From: Octopus vulgaris
Lineage: Eukaryota
NCBI GenBank assembly: GCA_951406725.2
Contig: OX597826.1
Span: forward strand, 33,232,001 to 33,296,000
Direction: 5' to 3'
DNA: 64,000 nucleotides
Of this stretch, positions 24,608 to 38,840 are shown in pieces. A program made the translations under genes and the position numbers. Position 1 is the stretch's first letter, and every line of letters begins with the position of its first letter. The notes under the pieces were generated by a model. The model saw only the letters and a list, made by a program, of their open reading frames with translations, was not told where the DNA came from and searched no databases.

Positions 24608-26555
24608 TATTATATATATATATATATATATATATGAAGTTCATACATATATATGTAGGTATGTGCATATATGTATGTATATATGCATATATTTATATAT
24701 TATTTACATTATTATATATATATATATATATATATATAAATGCATACATGCATAATACTATACAAAATGGAACTGTCCAGTTACTTCTTAAGGAGTCGTT
24801 GGATTACCAGTGACAGTTAAGGGATCCTTATTCATTGTGGATTAGTTTGTTGGATCACACCTATTTTTCACTTTCTGTTTCTTGCTTTGAAGTGATCTAG
24901 CACTCTTATTTTATCTACTTGTCTTTCTTCCTCTCAAAGATTGTGTAACAATGAGTCAGAGATAAAGGAGGCAGGTATGTGTGGAAGTAGGAGAAAAAGA
25001 CAGTGTGGGAGAATAAAAATATCGAGAAAGAAGTGAGACAAGTGAGAATATTCTTTCATTTTTTTCAGTTCAGTTTAAATGATGGTTATGATATATGTAA
25101 ATATACGTTAATAGCTATGCTTGCATTTGTAATTACATTTTCTTTAAAAAATTTAAACAGTAGCATTTCAAATTTTACGAATGTAAAAGAATATGCTAAT
25201 GATGACTTACTTTTCTTGTTTTACTGGCAGTATGTCAAAGAATATTTATACGTTCTTTAGAATTAATAACATGTCATTGTCCCTGTCTGTTTTTCTGAGG
25301 AAATATAAAGATTATTATTTCATTATCTACTAGCAGTTTGAAAATATTTTATTGCACAAAGTAAAGAACAGATTTCCACATGCTAATGTTCTGTAAAATG
25401 TTGTCGTATATATTTGTTCTTTCTTGATAAATATTGGCACATAAATTCAGGAAAATCGTTTGGGACCAAGTCTAACAGTTTAACAGTCTTCAGAGGGAGA
25501 CAGCGAAATATTTACGCAATAAATTTGGCTCAGATATATGTGACATAAAGGAATTACAATTTTTAAATTACTTCAACTTCAAAAAGTCAAACGATGATTG
25601 GAAGTTTGTGCACAGGAGCCATTAAATTCAGCAGCAATAGTTTAAATGAAAAAGATGAAAATGTAGTTTCAATAAAGAAACTAACGAGGCATTAAAATCT
25701 GCAGCAGTAATTTTAATGATAACACAAAAAGGAAAAACATTTGGGACTGTGTAAAGTCAATAATGTCTAGGAACTAATGCCTTATTGTATGATTTATTGA
25801 GTGTGTGTTTCGTTGTATTTAGTAAAAATTAATATTCAGTATATTTTAGAAATTACCGTTTCCATTCAAGGTGGAATCTTCAATGAAAGTAGACAGATTT
25901 AATAAAAAATAAAGATATTTCACAGTAAAAGCTGTTATGTGTGTGTGTGTGTGTGCATGTGTGTGTGTTTGTGTACATGTGTGTGTGTATGTCTGTGTCT
26001 GAGCATGTATGCATGCTTGTGTGTGCATGTATATGTGTGTTTGTTTGTGTGTGTGTGTGTGTGTGCATGTGTGTGTGTGTGTGTATGTGTGTGTGTATGA
26101 ATGCATATAAATGTACATATATGTATGTGCGTATATAAAATATATATATATTATATACATATCGAAAGAGAGGGGAGGGAGGGAAGGAGAATGAATGATA
26201 GATAAAATGATGACTAGAGATAAATAAATAGATGCTTATATATATGTGTGTGTGTGTGTTTGTATATGTATGTATACATATGTATGTGTGTGTAATTGTG
26301 TAGTTATATACACACATATTTATATGCATGTGAATGTATGTGTACAGACTTTTCTAATGTAAAAGAAAAAATACAGAAAGTGCTTGTATCAAGTCTTTGA
26401 GGAAGAAAAGTTAGAATGTGATACAGAGAGAATCGATGAAAGAGATAGAAAGAGAAGAAATAGGGAAAGAGAGAATGGTGGAATAAGTAAAAGAGATTTA
26501 AAGAAAAGGGAAAATATAAGCCAAGTGTGAGAAGGATAAAAGAACCACTGCAAGT

Positions 26556-26957
26556 CTACTCTCTTTACTCTTTTACTCTTTTACTTGTTTCAGTCATTTG
26601 ACTGCGGCCATGCTGGAGCACCGCCTTTTAGTCGAGCAAATCGACCCCAGGGCTTATTCTTTGTAAGCCTAGTACTTATTCTATCGGTCTCTTTTGCCGA
26701 ACCGCTAAGTGACGGAGACATAAACATACCAGCACCGGGGGACAAACACAGACACACAAACACACACATGCATATATATATATACATATATACAACAGGC
26801 TTCTTTCAGTTTCCGTCTACCAAATCCACTCACAATGCTTTGGTCGGCTCGAGTCTATAGTAGAAGACACTTTCCCAAGATGCCACGCAGTGGGACTGAA
26901 CCCGGAACTGTGTGATTGGTAAGCAAGCTACTTACCACACAGCCACTCCTGCGCCTA
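26556..26957 (-). mobile_element. SINE family A, full length
   Basis: Head GGCGCAGGAGTGGCTGTGTGGTAAGTAGC through to the GTAAAAGAG tail. Confidence 0.92.
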
Positions 26958-26979
26958 TGTCACATTTCTAAGTGAAATT

Positions 26980-27223
26980 GGCTTCAAATTTTGGTACAAG
27001 ACCAGCAATTTTGGGTTAAAGGTTGAGTCAATTATATCAACCCCAGTGTATAACTGGTACTTATTTACAATTCTATATTTAAGAGATGAAGAATTATGTA
27101 CATTATTTACATTTGACAGATATTTGTCCTCATCTTGTTTTTTGTTATACCTCCAGCCTTCATCAGGTGTCTTAGGGAAATTTCAAACCTGGGTTCTCAT
27201 TCCTAAGGTATTTTTCGATATTA

Positions 27224-27266
<43 letters not shown>

Positions 27267-27415
27267 GTAAATAATGTAAAGAATGGTACTTATTCGATCG
27301 ACCCTGATAGAATGTAAGACAAAGTCGACCTCAATGAAATTTGAACTCAGAACATGAGGATGGACGAAATGCTACTAACCATTTTGCCCAGCATGCTAAT
27401 GATTCTGCCAGCTTG
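26980..27415 (-). mobile_element. SINE family B, interrupted by the insert at 27066-27283
   Basis: The SINE body resumes after a duplicated TGGTACTTATT. Confidence 0.8.
27066..27283 (-). mobile_element. Headless copy of the hammerhead-bearing element at 34130-34394
   Basis: Colinear with 34135-34320; keeps GACAC-CTGATGA-AGGCTGG but the GAAA half is deleted; 11-bp TSD. Confidence 0.8.
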
Positions 27416-28974
27416 GTGTTTTACATTTCTAAACAATATTTGTGTGCTTTGTGAAAGCAGTTGACCTTGTGTCTGAGTTGTCACCTTCATGATCATAAGA
27501 TGAACGTTTTGATTCTGGGCCAGGTGGTGTGTTTTATTCTTGAGCGAAAATATTTAGTTTCATGTTACTTTCTGAACACTTCGACATCTGACTTGTGGCA
27601 TATTATGTGTCTGTACTGGCAATATCAATATATTACGTGTATATACATATATATGTATATAAATATACATATGTATATGCAAATATACAAAATTTATGTA
27701 CATATAACAAACTAAGTGAATGAGATTTTTATAATGACTTAAATTATTAAGTAATCTGACAATTTAATTAAGGTGTGAAATGAGAATCTGACTTGTGTTT
27801 GCATTTAATTTTCTACATCCATATGATGGGTATAAAGGCAATATACTCTCTCTTTCTCTTCCTCTGTATGTATGTATATATGTATGTATGTATGTATGTA
27901 TCTATGTATGTATCTATGTATGTATCTATGTATGTATGTATACATACATACATATATACATACATGTATATATCGTATACAATACATGTACATCGATATG
28001 ATTATGGTTTATATATTGCCCCAGCATAGCCATTACCCATTAACTGGGATGGTTAAAACTAGAGAGTGTATGTGTGTATACATGCACACACATACATATA
28101 CAATATGATACATAGATGTATGTATGAGTGTGTGTATGTATGCATAATGTGTGTATGTATGTATGCATGTATGTATGTATGCATGTATGTATGTATGTGT
28201 CCGTGTATTTGTGCATGTATGTATGCATGTGTGTGTATGTATGCATGTGTGTGTATGTATGCATTTATGTGTGTGGGTATATATATGTGTGTGTATATGG
28301 ATGTATATATTATGTACATAATATATACATGTATATATTATGTATGCATGCATGTATGTGTATGTACCACGTATGTACGTGTGTTTGTATGTATGTATGT
28401 ATGTATGTATATTGCTGAGTGACTCAGCAGTGGCGTGAGGCATGTTACAGCTGTTCCCAAGACAACAACAGTTTATGCCATTCAACTAATCAGAAATGAT
28501 TTGCACCAGTTCCAATCACTACACATATCCGTGATGTTAAGTGTTCAATATATTAACTCTTATGATTCAGTTTTTAATTACAACACTTTAATGCTTTTAC
28601 CAGACGAAATTTTCCAATATCTTTCCTCAATATCAGAAGAACAAACAGTAAAATAGAGAGCATATCATAGTATGGGTGCAATTCTTTTATTTTCTGCTTT
28701 GTCGAATTGTCTCTCATGCAATGGATTAGCAACAGAAAAAGGCCACAATTGAATTTGGCATCGATGAAAAAGATGTAGCGTAGCTAGAGTGTGTCACCCA
28801 CGTCTGCCCTTGAGTGTGCCCCCACCTCAGCAGTGCTTCGAAGCCTATACAGACTTATGCAGCAGTCTCAAATGACGCCCCCCCCCGCACCTAAAAGCCT
28901 CAGCTGGTGTTTACTGCTCTCCCTTTTTTCAGTCACGATGGTGAGCAGAGGTGGTCCCTGGAATGCGACTGCTG

Positions 28975-29297
28975 GGGTTAAACCCCGGTACTTTTTTTAA
29001 AGCCTGGGAATTATTCGGTTGGTCTCTTTTGCAGAACTTCTAAGTTACGGGGACATAAACACACCAACATCGGTTGTCAAGCAGTAGTGGGGAACAAACA
29101 CTGACACAAACACACACACACACACATGCACATACAGACACATATATGCATATACAGGATGAGCTTCTTTCAGTTTCTGTCTACCAAATCCACTCACGTG
29201 GCTTTGGTTGGCTCAAAGCTATAGTAATTGACACTTGCCCAAAGGGCCACATGGTGGCACTGAACCTGAAACCATGTTGCTGGGAAGCAAACTTCTT
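28975..29297 (-). mobile_element. SINE family A, diverged
   Basis: Colinear with family A. Confidence 0.75.
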
Positions 29298-29420
29298 AGC
29301 ATTCTGTGAAAGTATCAAAGCATGATGAGGTAGTGGTGGTTACGGGAATTTTAATATAATACATCAAACTTTGGATGCAGATACAAAAGCACCAATATTT
29401 AAACACAAAATAAATGTACT

Positions 29421-29639
29421 TTGATGACTTTTCTCCAACTAGATGCACTGCAGATATTGAGTACATTGCCAATAGCTGTAGCACCTACTGAGAGATCTTA
29501 TCTTCAATTAAAGTGCATCGAGAGTTTCTTTAAGAGCATGACACAGGAGAGACTAAATGATAAAACTGTCCTTTGTACTGAAAGCGAACTAGTGGGGTCC
29601 ATTGACTTGACTGAAATAACAAAAAAACATTTGCTTTAA
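29421..29639 (+). mobile_element. hAT transposase C-terminal dimerization-domain remnant
   Basis: ALQILSTLPIAVAPTERSYLQLK...MTQERLN fits the hAT consensus LTLPVT.AS.ERSFS.LK...M.QERL. Confidence 0.75.
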
Positions 29640-29977
29640 AGAATGGCACGAACTGCATATTTCCCTTCGTTAGAATCTGTTCACTAATGCAGAATGGATT
29701 CTACATTAGCGATCACATTAAAGTAATTCTTGACGAAGTATTTAAATTGTCAATAATTTATTCCCTAAAATGAAGATATCTATGCTTTTTCTCTTTTCCT
29801 AAAAATAATCCTGTTGATTATCGAAGGCCTCTATTCACAGGCAATTTCATAAAGCAAATGAATTCTTTACGTTTTGCAACAGTGTTGAAGTCTATCAAAG
29901 TGCTCAGTATAAAATTTATCAAATGAAAGGTATTAAATCCTAAATCTTTATTGAGTTTCATATTTGGAAAACATATG

Positions 29978-30190
29978 ATGGCGAGCTGACAGAATCGTTA
30001 GCATGCCAGACAAAATGCTTTTGTGACATCTCCTCTGTCTTTAAGTTCTGAGTTCAAATTCCACCATCATCAACTTTGCCTTTCATTCTTTTTGGAGCCG
30101 ATAAAATAAGTACCAGTTGAACACTGGGGTCGATGTAATTGACTTGCCGCACCCTCAAAATTGCTGGCCTTTTACCAAAATTTGAAATCA
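29978..30190 (+). mobile_element. SINE family B, full length
   Basis: GGCGAGCTGACAGAATCGTTAGC head, B-box GAGTTCAAATTC, body and tail. Confidence 0.85.
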
Positions 30191-30539
30191 ATATTGGAAA
30201 AGAATATAAGAAATATAAAACCTGTACTACATAAAATAGGACTTCTCATAATCATTTATATTTAATATAGTCTTCACAAGACTTGCATACACACACTAAC
30301 GCATACACACACACACACATACATTATATCGTTCGATCAGACATTCTCTCTAAAATAGCTAAACCCTTTGAGAAGGGATAATGTTGAAGAGGAAAAGGAG
30401 AAGATTAAAACAAATGTTAAAATGTAAATCCTGTGAACTTTATGCAAAACACTTTTTATTCTTTGTTGTAAATTGACAAAAGATCCCTGTCCAAAACGTT
30501 AATCTGTAATAAAGCTGGATTATTGAATTACTGGTACAA

Positions 30540-30574
<35 letters not shown>

Positions 30575-31184
30575 ATTGGTCATAGTACTGGACTGGTACT
30601 GATGGTGATGGTAGTGGTGCAAGTGGTAGAGGTAGTGTTAATGGCAATTGTGGTGGTGGTAGAGATGGAGTTGGAGTTGGTGCTGTTGGTAGTCATAGTG
30701 TTGGTGGTGATGGTAGTGGTTGTGGTGGTATTGGTGGTAGAGCAAAAGTAGTGTTGTTGGCAGTAGTGGTAGTTGTTGCTGTAGTAGTAGCATTGTTGGT
30801 CATAGTGGTAGTGATGGCCGTAGTGTTGGTAGTTGTAGCTGACTGGTACCATATCCAAGAATAAACATACATTACCCAATATATCTTCCCTGTTTTAAGA
30901 TAGTAGGATAGGTTTTGAAGGTCATTTGGCTGCTACTTCTGCAAGATCGAGCAACCGCATAGAGGCTCTCCCGTTCGTTTGATTATGTAGCAGTTGTTGT
31001 TGCTTTTTAGCCCCTGGACATCCCTGACTGAGTAGGCATATGATCAAAAGACATTCCAATCATCACTAACTTCCTTTTTCTTCCTGTTTTTCCTTCAATG
31101 AATCTTGGTGTCTCATTCACCAGTGTTTCCTTTTCTAAGATGACGCACATAGAAATTGAGGCAGATTTCACTGCTATTTCTGTC

Positions 31185-31735
31185 AAGGCACGTAGCTTGG
31201 TTAGGAATATTCGGCTCATGATCAGTAGGTCGTATGTTCGATTCCCGGTAGCACAAAACACTTTATTTCACATTACTACAGTCCACTCCACTGGCAAAAA
31301 TAGTTGTATAGATGGCAAACTGGCAGAAATGCTAGTGCGTCGGGTGAAATGCTTAGCTGTATTTCATCTGCCGTTACGTTCTGAGTTCAAATTCTGCTGA
31401 GGTCCACTTTGCCTTTCATCCCTTCAGGGGCGATAAATTAAAGCACTAGTTACGCACTTGGGTCGATGTAATCAACATAATCCCTTTGTCTGTCCTTGCT
31501 TGTCCCCTCTGTGTTTAGCCCCTTGTGCACAATAAAGAAATTTAAAAAATGGTTGCATCTGTAATTCAAAGGGTTGAACTTGTCATATTCTGTATCACAT
31601 TGAATTTTCCCGAGAGCTATGTAAGGGTACAAGTGTCTGTGGAGTACTCAACCATGTGCACGTTAATTTCACGAGCAAGCTGTTCCATTGATTGGATCAA
31701 CTGGTACACTCATAGTTGCAACTGATGGAGCATCA
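31185..31735 (+). mobile_element. Third tRNA-derived SINE family, interrupted by a family B copy
   Basis: tRNA-like head (TAGCTTGGTTAGG...CTCATGA...GTTCGATTCCC); the body appears to resume at about 31555. Confidence 0.55.
31312..31540 (+). mobile_element. SINE family B, alternative-tail subfamily
   Basis: Reverse-complement homolog of 20253-20478. Confidence 0.85.
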
Positions 31736-31799
31736 ATTCTTTTACTGCTATTTCTAGCAAGTCCAGCGACAATGTAGAAAATCCGTCATTGGCGTAAGT

Positions 31800-32210
31800 A
31801 TTTTGGCACAAGGCCAGCAATTTCAAGAGATGGAGATTAGTCAATTACATCAACCCCAGTGCATAGCTGGCACTTATTTTATTGACCCCGAAAGGATGAA
31901 AGGCAAAGTCAACCCGACAGCATTTGAACTCAAAACATGAAGAGTTTTCTCCAACATTCTAACAATTTCATGATCTCACCCCTTTCTAACCATTTCAAAT
32001 TTTGTCACAAGGCCATCAATCTAGGGATAAAGGGGATTAGTAGATTATATTCACCCCCAAAGCTTGACTGGCACTTTATTTTACCAACCCCAAAAGATGA
32101 AAAACAAAGTTGCCCTCGAGGGGATTTGAACGCAGAATGCAAAGAACCGGAAGGAAAGGTGCAAATCATTTTGCCCGATACATTAATGATTCTCTCAGCT
32201 TGTTGCCGCT
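31800..32210 (-). mobile_element. Two tandem decayed SINE family B copies
   Basis: Two successive TTTTG.CACAAGGCCA...ACCCC.AAA.GATGAAA..CAAAGT...TTTGAAC blocks. Confidence 0.75.
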
Positions 32211-32519
32211 AAATTTAATTATTAAAAAAACCCCTTCTTTATATAAATTGACTTTAATGCAAGGCAAATCATTAGAAACTATATTGAATATTTAATGGAC
32301 TTGCCATAAAATATTTGTCCAAGATCAGATTGCTATAAATTATTGGAAAATGTTTTCTTTTCTAATTTTGATAATGCTCTTGGGAAAGGCATAATTATCA
32401 CAAATTCCTATTTCTGTTTTTTTTTTGTTTTTTTTTCTTTTTCTCCTAGTCAACGATAAATATTCATTTGTAATTAAGACACTCTTATTAAAGCTGTTGA
32501 GAACGACACTATGCATAGA

Positions 32520-32872
32520 TTAGAAATAGTAACACCAGTGGTATGGTCACTTATGCCACCACTTGTGCTACCGTTAGTACTTCAACAATCCCCACCACCT
32601 CTACCATCATCAACACCACTACCAATACTGGCACTACAGACAATAACAGCACCAATAACAAATATAACAGTGCCACAAGCACCACCACCACCACCACTAT
32701 CAATACTACTACCATCACTGTCACCAGTGCTTCTACTAACTGAGCAAATGTCAGTATAATTAACATCACCACCACCACCACCACCACCTCAACCACCAGT
32801 ATTAGTACTGCTGCCATCACTGCCACTGTACACCACACCTATGTCACCACTGCTACCACCATCACCACCACC

Positions 32873-32903
<31 letters not shown>

Positions 32904-33260
32904 CCACCACTATCACAGCTATAACAACCACAAGTGCAATTACTTCAATGAGTACTACAACCACTACCATCACCGGGGTCGTAACCACTACAGCAGATCG
33001 CTACTACCAACACCACCAATACTACCAACACTAGCACCATTACCATCATCATCACCTTTATCACAGATATCACATCCATGAGTGACAATACTACTACTAC
33101 TACTATCACCACCACCACCACCAGCATCACAAATACCACACCATCAACACTTTTACTACTGCCACCATTATCATAGATATCCCATTTACCAGTGTGACCA
33201 CCACTACCAATACTATCAGCACCACCACTGACACTACCACCGTTAACAACAACAACAACA
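32520..33260. repeat. Degenerate (ACC/ACT/AAC)n low-complexity tract
   Basis: Visible directly. Confidence 0.85.
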
Positions 33261-34129
33261 CCTTCATAGATGACATGACAACTGCGGCTGCAACTACTTT
33301 TTAATTATGTGTGGATATGAAATATAGAATGAACTAACATCAGGGGAATAGCAAGCGTTCAATGCAGAATTAATGAGTATTAATACAAAAGGTATGTTTA
33401 ATTAAATCATTGGACAAAGACGAAGATATACTGCTGAAGAATTAATGCCTCTTAATAAAATGATCCGAATAATTATTGGTGCCCTCGTCTGGATTCTCTA
33501 CGTGTGTGTATGTGTGTGTGTGTGTGAGTATGTTTGTGTGTGTATGGGTTTGTTCATGGATAAGTATATGTGTGTGTGTGTGTGTGTGTGTGTACATATG
33601 TGTGTGTATACATTTATGATTTAATTATTCACACGTTAAATGTGTGTATGTGAGTGTCTATGTATGATTAAATTATTCACACATCAAATATATTTGTGTG
33701 AATGTATGCAAAATAGATTCTTTGTTTCGGCTTGTCGAAGTGTGTGTGTGTGTGCATGTGTGTGTGTGTGTCTCTGTGTGTGTGTGTGAATGTCTGTGTA
33801 GATAGAAAGATGGATAGATAGGAAAAAATATATATAGATAGATAAATAGATAGATAGATTCATTGGTTGATAGATAGATCTTAACTCATCTCAAGAGGCA
33901 GTGAATGGACAAAATCATCAGATTGTGCTATTTATACTGAGTTCAAATCTTGCTGAGGTCAAATTTAATTATTCCTTCAGGGTCAATAAATACAATGCCA
34001 TTCAAGTACAAAGCCATCTCTATCTCTGAATCAAGTATATAGGAGAGGCCAAAGGAAGAGGTATTGTAATTGTGGCCCCACAAATCCTCTTTGGAATTAA
34101 TAAGAAAAAAAACATCATCAAGATATATT

Positions 34130-34281
34130 ATTTACCTTATTTACAATTGATGGATATTTGTCTTCATCTTGTTTGTTGTTAACACAATGTTTCAGATGAT
34201 ATACCCTCCAGCCTTCGTCAGGTGTCTTGGGGAAATTTCAAACCTGGTTTCTCATTCCTAAGGCATTTTTCAATGTTGTTG

Positions 34282-34323
<42 letters not shown>

Positions 34324-34394
34324 TCACTGCTTAGAATCGAACTCAGAATCTTGGGGTTAGTAGCCTGTGCTTGAAACCACTATGCCATATGTCC
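34130..34394 (-). mobile_element. tRNA-headed SINE-like element carrying a hammerhead motif
   Basis: Minus strand order: A-box TGGCATAGTGG, B-box GAGTTCGATTC, (TAA)n linker, body with hammerhead at 34181-34226. A second copy of the body is at 27066-27283. Confidence 0.7.
34181..34226 (-). ncRNA. Minimal type I hammerhead motif, slightly decayed
   Basis: GACAC-CTGACGA-a-GGCTG-gagggtatat-CATCT-GAAA-CA-TT-GTGTT; both core segments intact, stem I paired, stem II with one mismatch. Confidence 0.65.
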
Positions 34395-34476
34395 GTTGTT
34401 ATGTTTCTTAAAATATGACTGAATACATGTACCTGCATAATGTTCTGGAGATTTCCGTAAATAAATGCATTCTGAG

Positions 34477-34479
<3 letters not shown>

Positions 34480-34528
<49 letters not shown>
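34480..34528. repeat. (GA)n microsatellite
   Basis: Visible directly. Confidence 0.95.
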
Positions 34529-34531
<3 letters not shown>

Positions 34532-35111
34532 ATGTGTCCTGGTATATTTTAATTAATATACCTTTGTTTGTTTTTAATTAACTTACTCGACATAGCATTA
34601 TATTCATATTTCTCTAAGCTTTCATTTACTGATTTCATTGATAGATTGTGCATAGAAATACCATATTTTCTATTTTCATATATAGTAACACACCTATGGA
34701 AGATGGGCATTAAACGATAATGATGATGATGATGATGATGATGATATATATTGAAGGAAAGAATAACTAATAGATGTATAAATAATTTATTTCTTTGATA
34801 TAAAGATGCTGAAATTTTTTATTAAGACAATACAAATAAATCATAAATTGTAAAGCTCTGAAAGACATACTACATGCCACAAATCTACATATATATTTCA
34901 ATCCATGCCCCTAGCTGATATGTAATTCTAAGCATTTGCTAAGAATTGGTATCATTTTCAACTGTATGGGGTAGAATCTCATTAGGACTTTATGAGCTTA
35001 TAGAACAAAAGGGTTAACATATTTCTTGAAAGGATGCAGAAAAATTACCCTTTATATATATATACACACATACATATATAAATATATATATACATATATA
35101 TACACACACAG

Positions 35112-35144
<33 letters not shown>

Positions 35145-35151
35145 TGTAAGT

Positions 35152-35364
35152 ATTCTCTTATTCTCTTGCTTGTTTCAGTCATTTGACTGAGCCATACTGG
35201 ACCACTACCTTAAAGGGTGTGAGCCAAAGAAATCGACCCCAGGACTCATTCTTCGTAAGCCTAATGCTTATTCTAAGTCATGGAGACATAAACACACTAG
35301 CATCGGTTGTCAAACACACACATACACACAAATATATACATACACACACACACATATATATATG

Positions 35365-35398
<34 letters not shown>

Positions 35399-35417
35399 CA
35401 TACATACATACATACAT

Positions 35418-35458
<41 letters not shown>

Positions 35459-35500
35459 CGACAGGCTTCTTCCAGTTTTTTTCTACCAAATCCACTCTCA
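35152..35500 (-). mobile_element. SINE family A, headless
   Basis: Tail and middle colinear with family A. Confidence 0.75.
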
Positions 35501-36892
35501 AGCAGCTTCAGATTTTATTGTTAAAACTAACAGTTTAAAAGAGAATAAAGAGAATGATATTTTCATTTATTCATTACTATATGTAGGAACTCAAGATATC
35601 TTGAAAACCTGTGAGATTTTCATAATCCATTACTACGTGCGAAATGAAGTGTGTATGTGTGAAAGTAGTGATTGCATTTTGGTTGGTTTAGAGTGTGCGT
35701 ACGGTGGGTTGGGGATGGATCTTGTTCCTGGTGAACACATTGATCACTATGTATACGTTTTTGAAATATGTCTCACTTCTTTGAAGGTATGCCAATTCCA
35801 TTATATATTTGTCAGCAAGTTAGTATTTGAAATGTTTTCAATAAATAGTGATGGAAATATATGTAAGGTTTCCTTAATCCAGATCCTTTGTTAAAGATTG
35901 CAAAAGGCTTCAATATATTATAATAATTCTATGTGACACTGAGCACATACATTTGAAATTATTAATGTAGAGAAGCGTCTATTCTCTATTAGAGAAATCG
36001 TTATTATAATTGTTAATATTATTATCATTTAAGCTCTTGATATATTTGGACAGTAAATGAGCAAAACAACATTACTTGTGACTAAATGCATGTACAAGTT
36101 GCGTAAATCATTTTGCAAAGCTGCCCAAAGAAGCTTACACATCTATTTGCTTCCCTGTCATTAGCAAGTGTGTGTGTGTTTGTGTTTGTGGGTGTGTGTG
36201 TGAGAGAGAGGGAGAGAGATGGAGGAGGGAGGCGTGAGGTTTATAAATTAATGCTTTAGAAAACATGTCATTGATTATGCAAATATTAGGGATGTCACAA
36301 ATACAGAGAGAAGAGATTTTGCGATCATTCTGTTTACACTGAACACACATGTATGCATACCTGTACACACACATGCATGCACGCATGCACACACTCATGC
36401 AAACAAATGGACATTATACATACATATGTATGTATGAACATGTTTGGATGTGCAAACATGAGAAAAATCAAGCATTTTGACTCTGTTTTTTGAAACACCA
36501 ACGAAAAAAATATGTCCATATATGTTTGCTTTCATGTGTGGATGCATGTGTTTGCATGTGGAAAATTCTCGAAAATCTCATGACAAATGTGGCATAAAAG
36601 AGAGAAATTCAAGAGCAATTGGAAGAACAACAAAATCTGTAAACCTCGGTTTCGAAAAACTAGCATCAAGAAATTATTTAACAATATTTTCATATTTAAA
36701 GGGTGGCAAAGATACAATTAGTTTCCAGAAACACTAAAAAACAGAATCACCATTTACTGTAAAAATTCAAAAGTTATCCTGATGTATGTCATAACAGTCA
36801 AAGAACAGAAAGTTCCCGCATATACCAAAGCTATGTATACTGGAAATCTCACAGCTTTGCCAAAAACGAAATGTTCAGAAACACAAATATTC

Positions 36893-37107
36893 TTTTCTTC
36901 TCTAGGCACAAGGCACAAAAGTTTTGGGGAGGTGGGGGCAGTCGATTATATCGACCCCAGTATGCAAGTGGTACTTAATTTATCGACCCTGAAAGGATGA
37001 AAGGCAAAGTCAACCTTGGCGGAATTTGAACCCAGAACATAAAGTCAGACGAAATACCGTTAAGCATTTCACTCAGCATGCTAACATTTCTGCCATCTTG
37101 CTGCCTT
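36893..37107 (-). mobile_element. SINE family B, full length
   Basis: Colinear with 29978-30190. Confidence 0.88.
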
Positions 37108-37936
37108 CAGAAATATAGATATTAAACAGAGTTTATTGAACCCTTTGAGATGTATGACATAGTGAAGCCTTATAAAAATAAATCTCTTCAAGATCTGGAT
37201 ACTAAGTTAACTGAAAATGGATTAACGTTTGGAATTGTAGAAATAAGAAATGCAAAATATTGTCTTGTGCTCTGAAATCTTACCCAGAAAATACAAAGCT
37301 AACCTTCGATAATCAATAATGAAATTTAAATATAGAAAAACATATGTTAAATATAATTTAGCTCACTCAGCTATATCAGGATACAAAAATCTATATATTT
37401 TAGATATTGAAGCCAAAAATTATACACACACTGTCAAATATATATGCATATATATATGTATATACATATGTGTGTGTGTGTATGCATATATATTTGCATA
37501 TATATATATGAATATGCATACTTACATATATATATATTTATATATTGATAAAAATGGTATTTAGCTATTTCTTTTCACATCAAGTACGAAAAGAAAGACA
37601 AGCACATGCAAACATACAGATAATCATAGAATCATATACATACATATATACATACATACATACATACATACATACATACATACATGCATACATGCATGCA
37701 TACATGCATATATACATACATATATATATATGCACATGAATGTACATGTGTGTTTTAAAGTGTATGGATGGAAAGATACTTAGGTGCATACAGAAATCGA
37801 GAAAAGAGCATTCAATATGTTTTGTATGATTTTATATTTATTTGTATTATCAGGTCAACTCAGACATGCATTACTTAAAGTTTCACAGATGCTGATTCAA
37901 ATTTAATACAAAATACATGCACACTCAAACGCATAC

Positions 37937-37972
<36 letters not shown>

Positions 37973-38535
37973 TGTATATATCGAGAGACAAAGAGCAAGA
38001 GAGATGGAAGAAAATAGAAAAATTGAGTTATTTAAGAATGCATATGTAGTGTGTATCACTTTATATCAATGTGCATGTGAGTGTATGTTTATGCCTGTGT
38101 GTGAGCGTGTGTGAATTTATGTATGAGCATGCCACTGTGTGTATGCGTTTGTTTCTATTCATCTATATGTATGCGTTATCCTTTCCGCATCTATGTTTGG
38201 GCATATATGTACATAAATAACTGAATGAGTACAAAAACTAAATTAAAATTCAGAGAAAAAATAACAAGTCTTGTAGTAAACTCCTAATAAATATTTGAAG
38301 AATTGATAAGGTATTTCCTCACCCCACCATTGCCTTCACCCCCACCCTGGTTCATCAAGGACATAAGGACATAATATTGAGAAAATTTTATTGAAGTATC
38401 TTTTGAATATTCATTTCTCTTTCAAGTATGGCAAAGAATGTTGACAGAGTCCGTTCTTCAAACAGCTTTATATTACCTAAAAATGTAGAGAAAAAAACAT
38501 GTATATGTATGTGTTTATATATATATATGAATGTA

Positions 38536-38589
<54 letters not shown>

Positions 38590-38677
38590 CATACATATAT
38601 ATATACATATATATCTGTATACATGTATAGGTATGATTATATAATTATATATGAGTGTATATATAAATATTCATACG

Positions 38678-38712
<35 letters not shown>

Positions 38713-38743
38713 TTGTATATGTATGTATGTATCTATCTATCTG

Positions 38744-38840
<97 letters not shown>

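Noticed and set aside
31185-31250. Possible tRNA gene (likewise 34320-34394)
   Set aside because: The acceptor stem does not pair and the sequence runs into a repeat body, so these are SINE heads rather than tRNAs.
35307-35894. 195-aa ORF with a non-repetitive second half
   Set aside because: It starts in SINE and microsatellite sequence and has no recognisable motif or convincing splice sites; the minus-strand frames are short.
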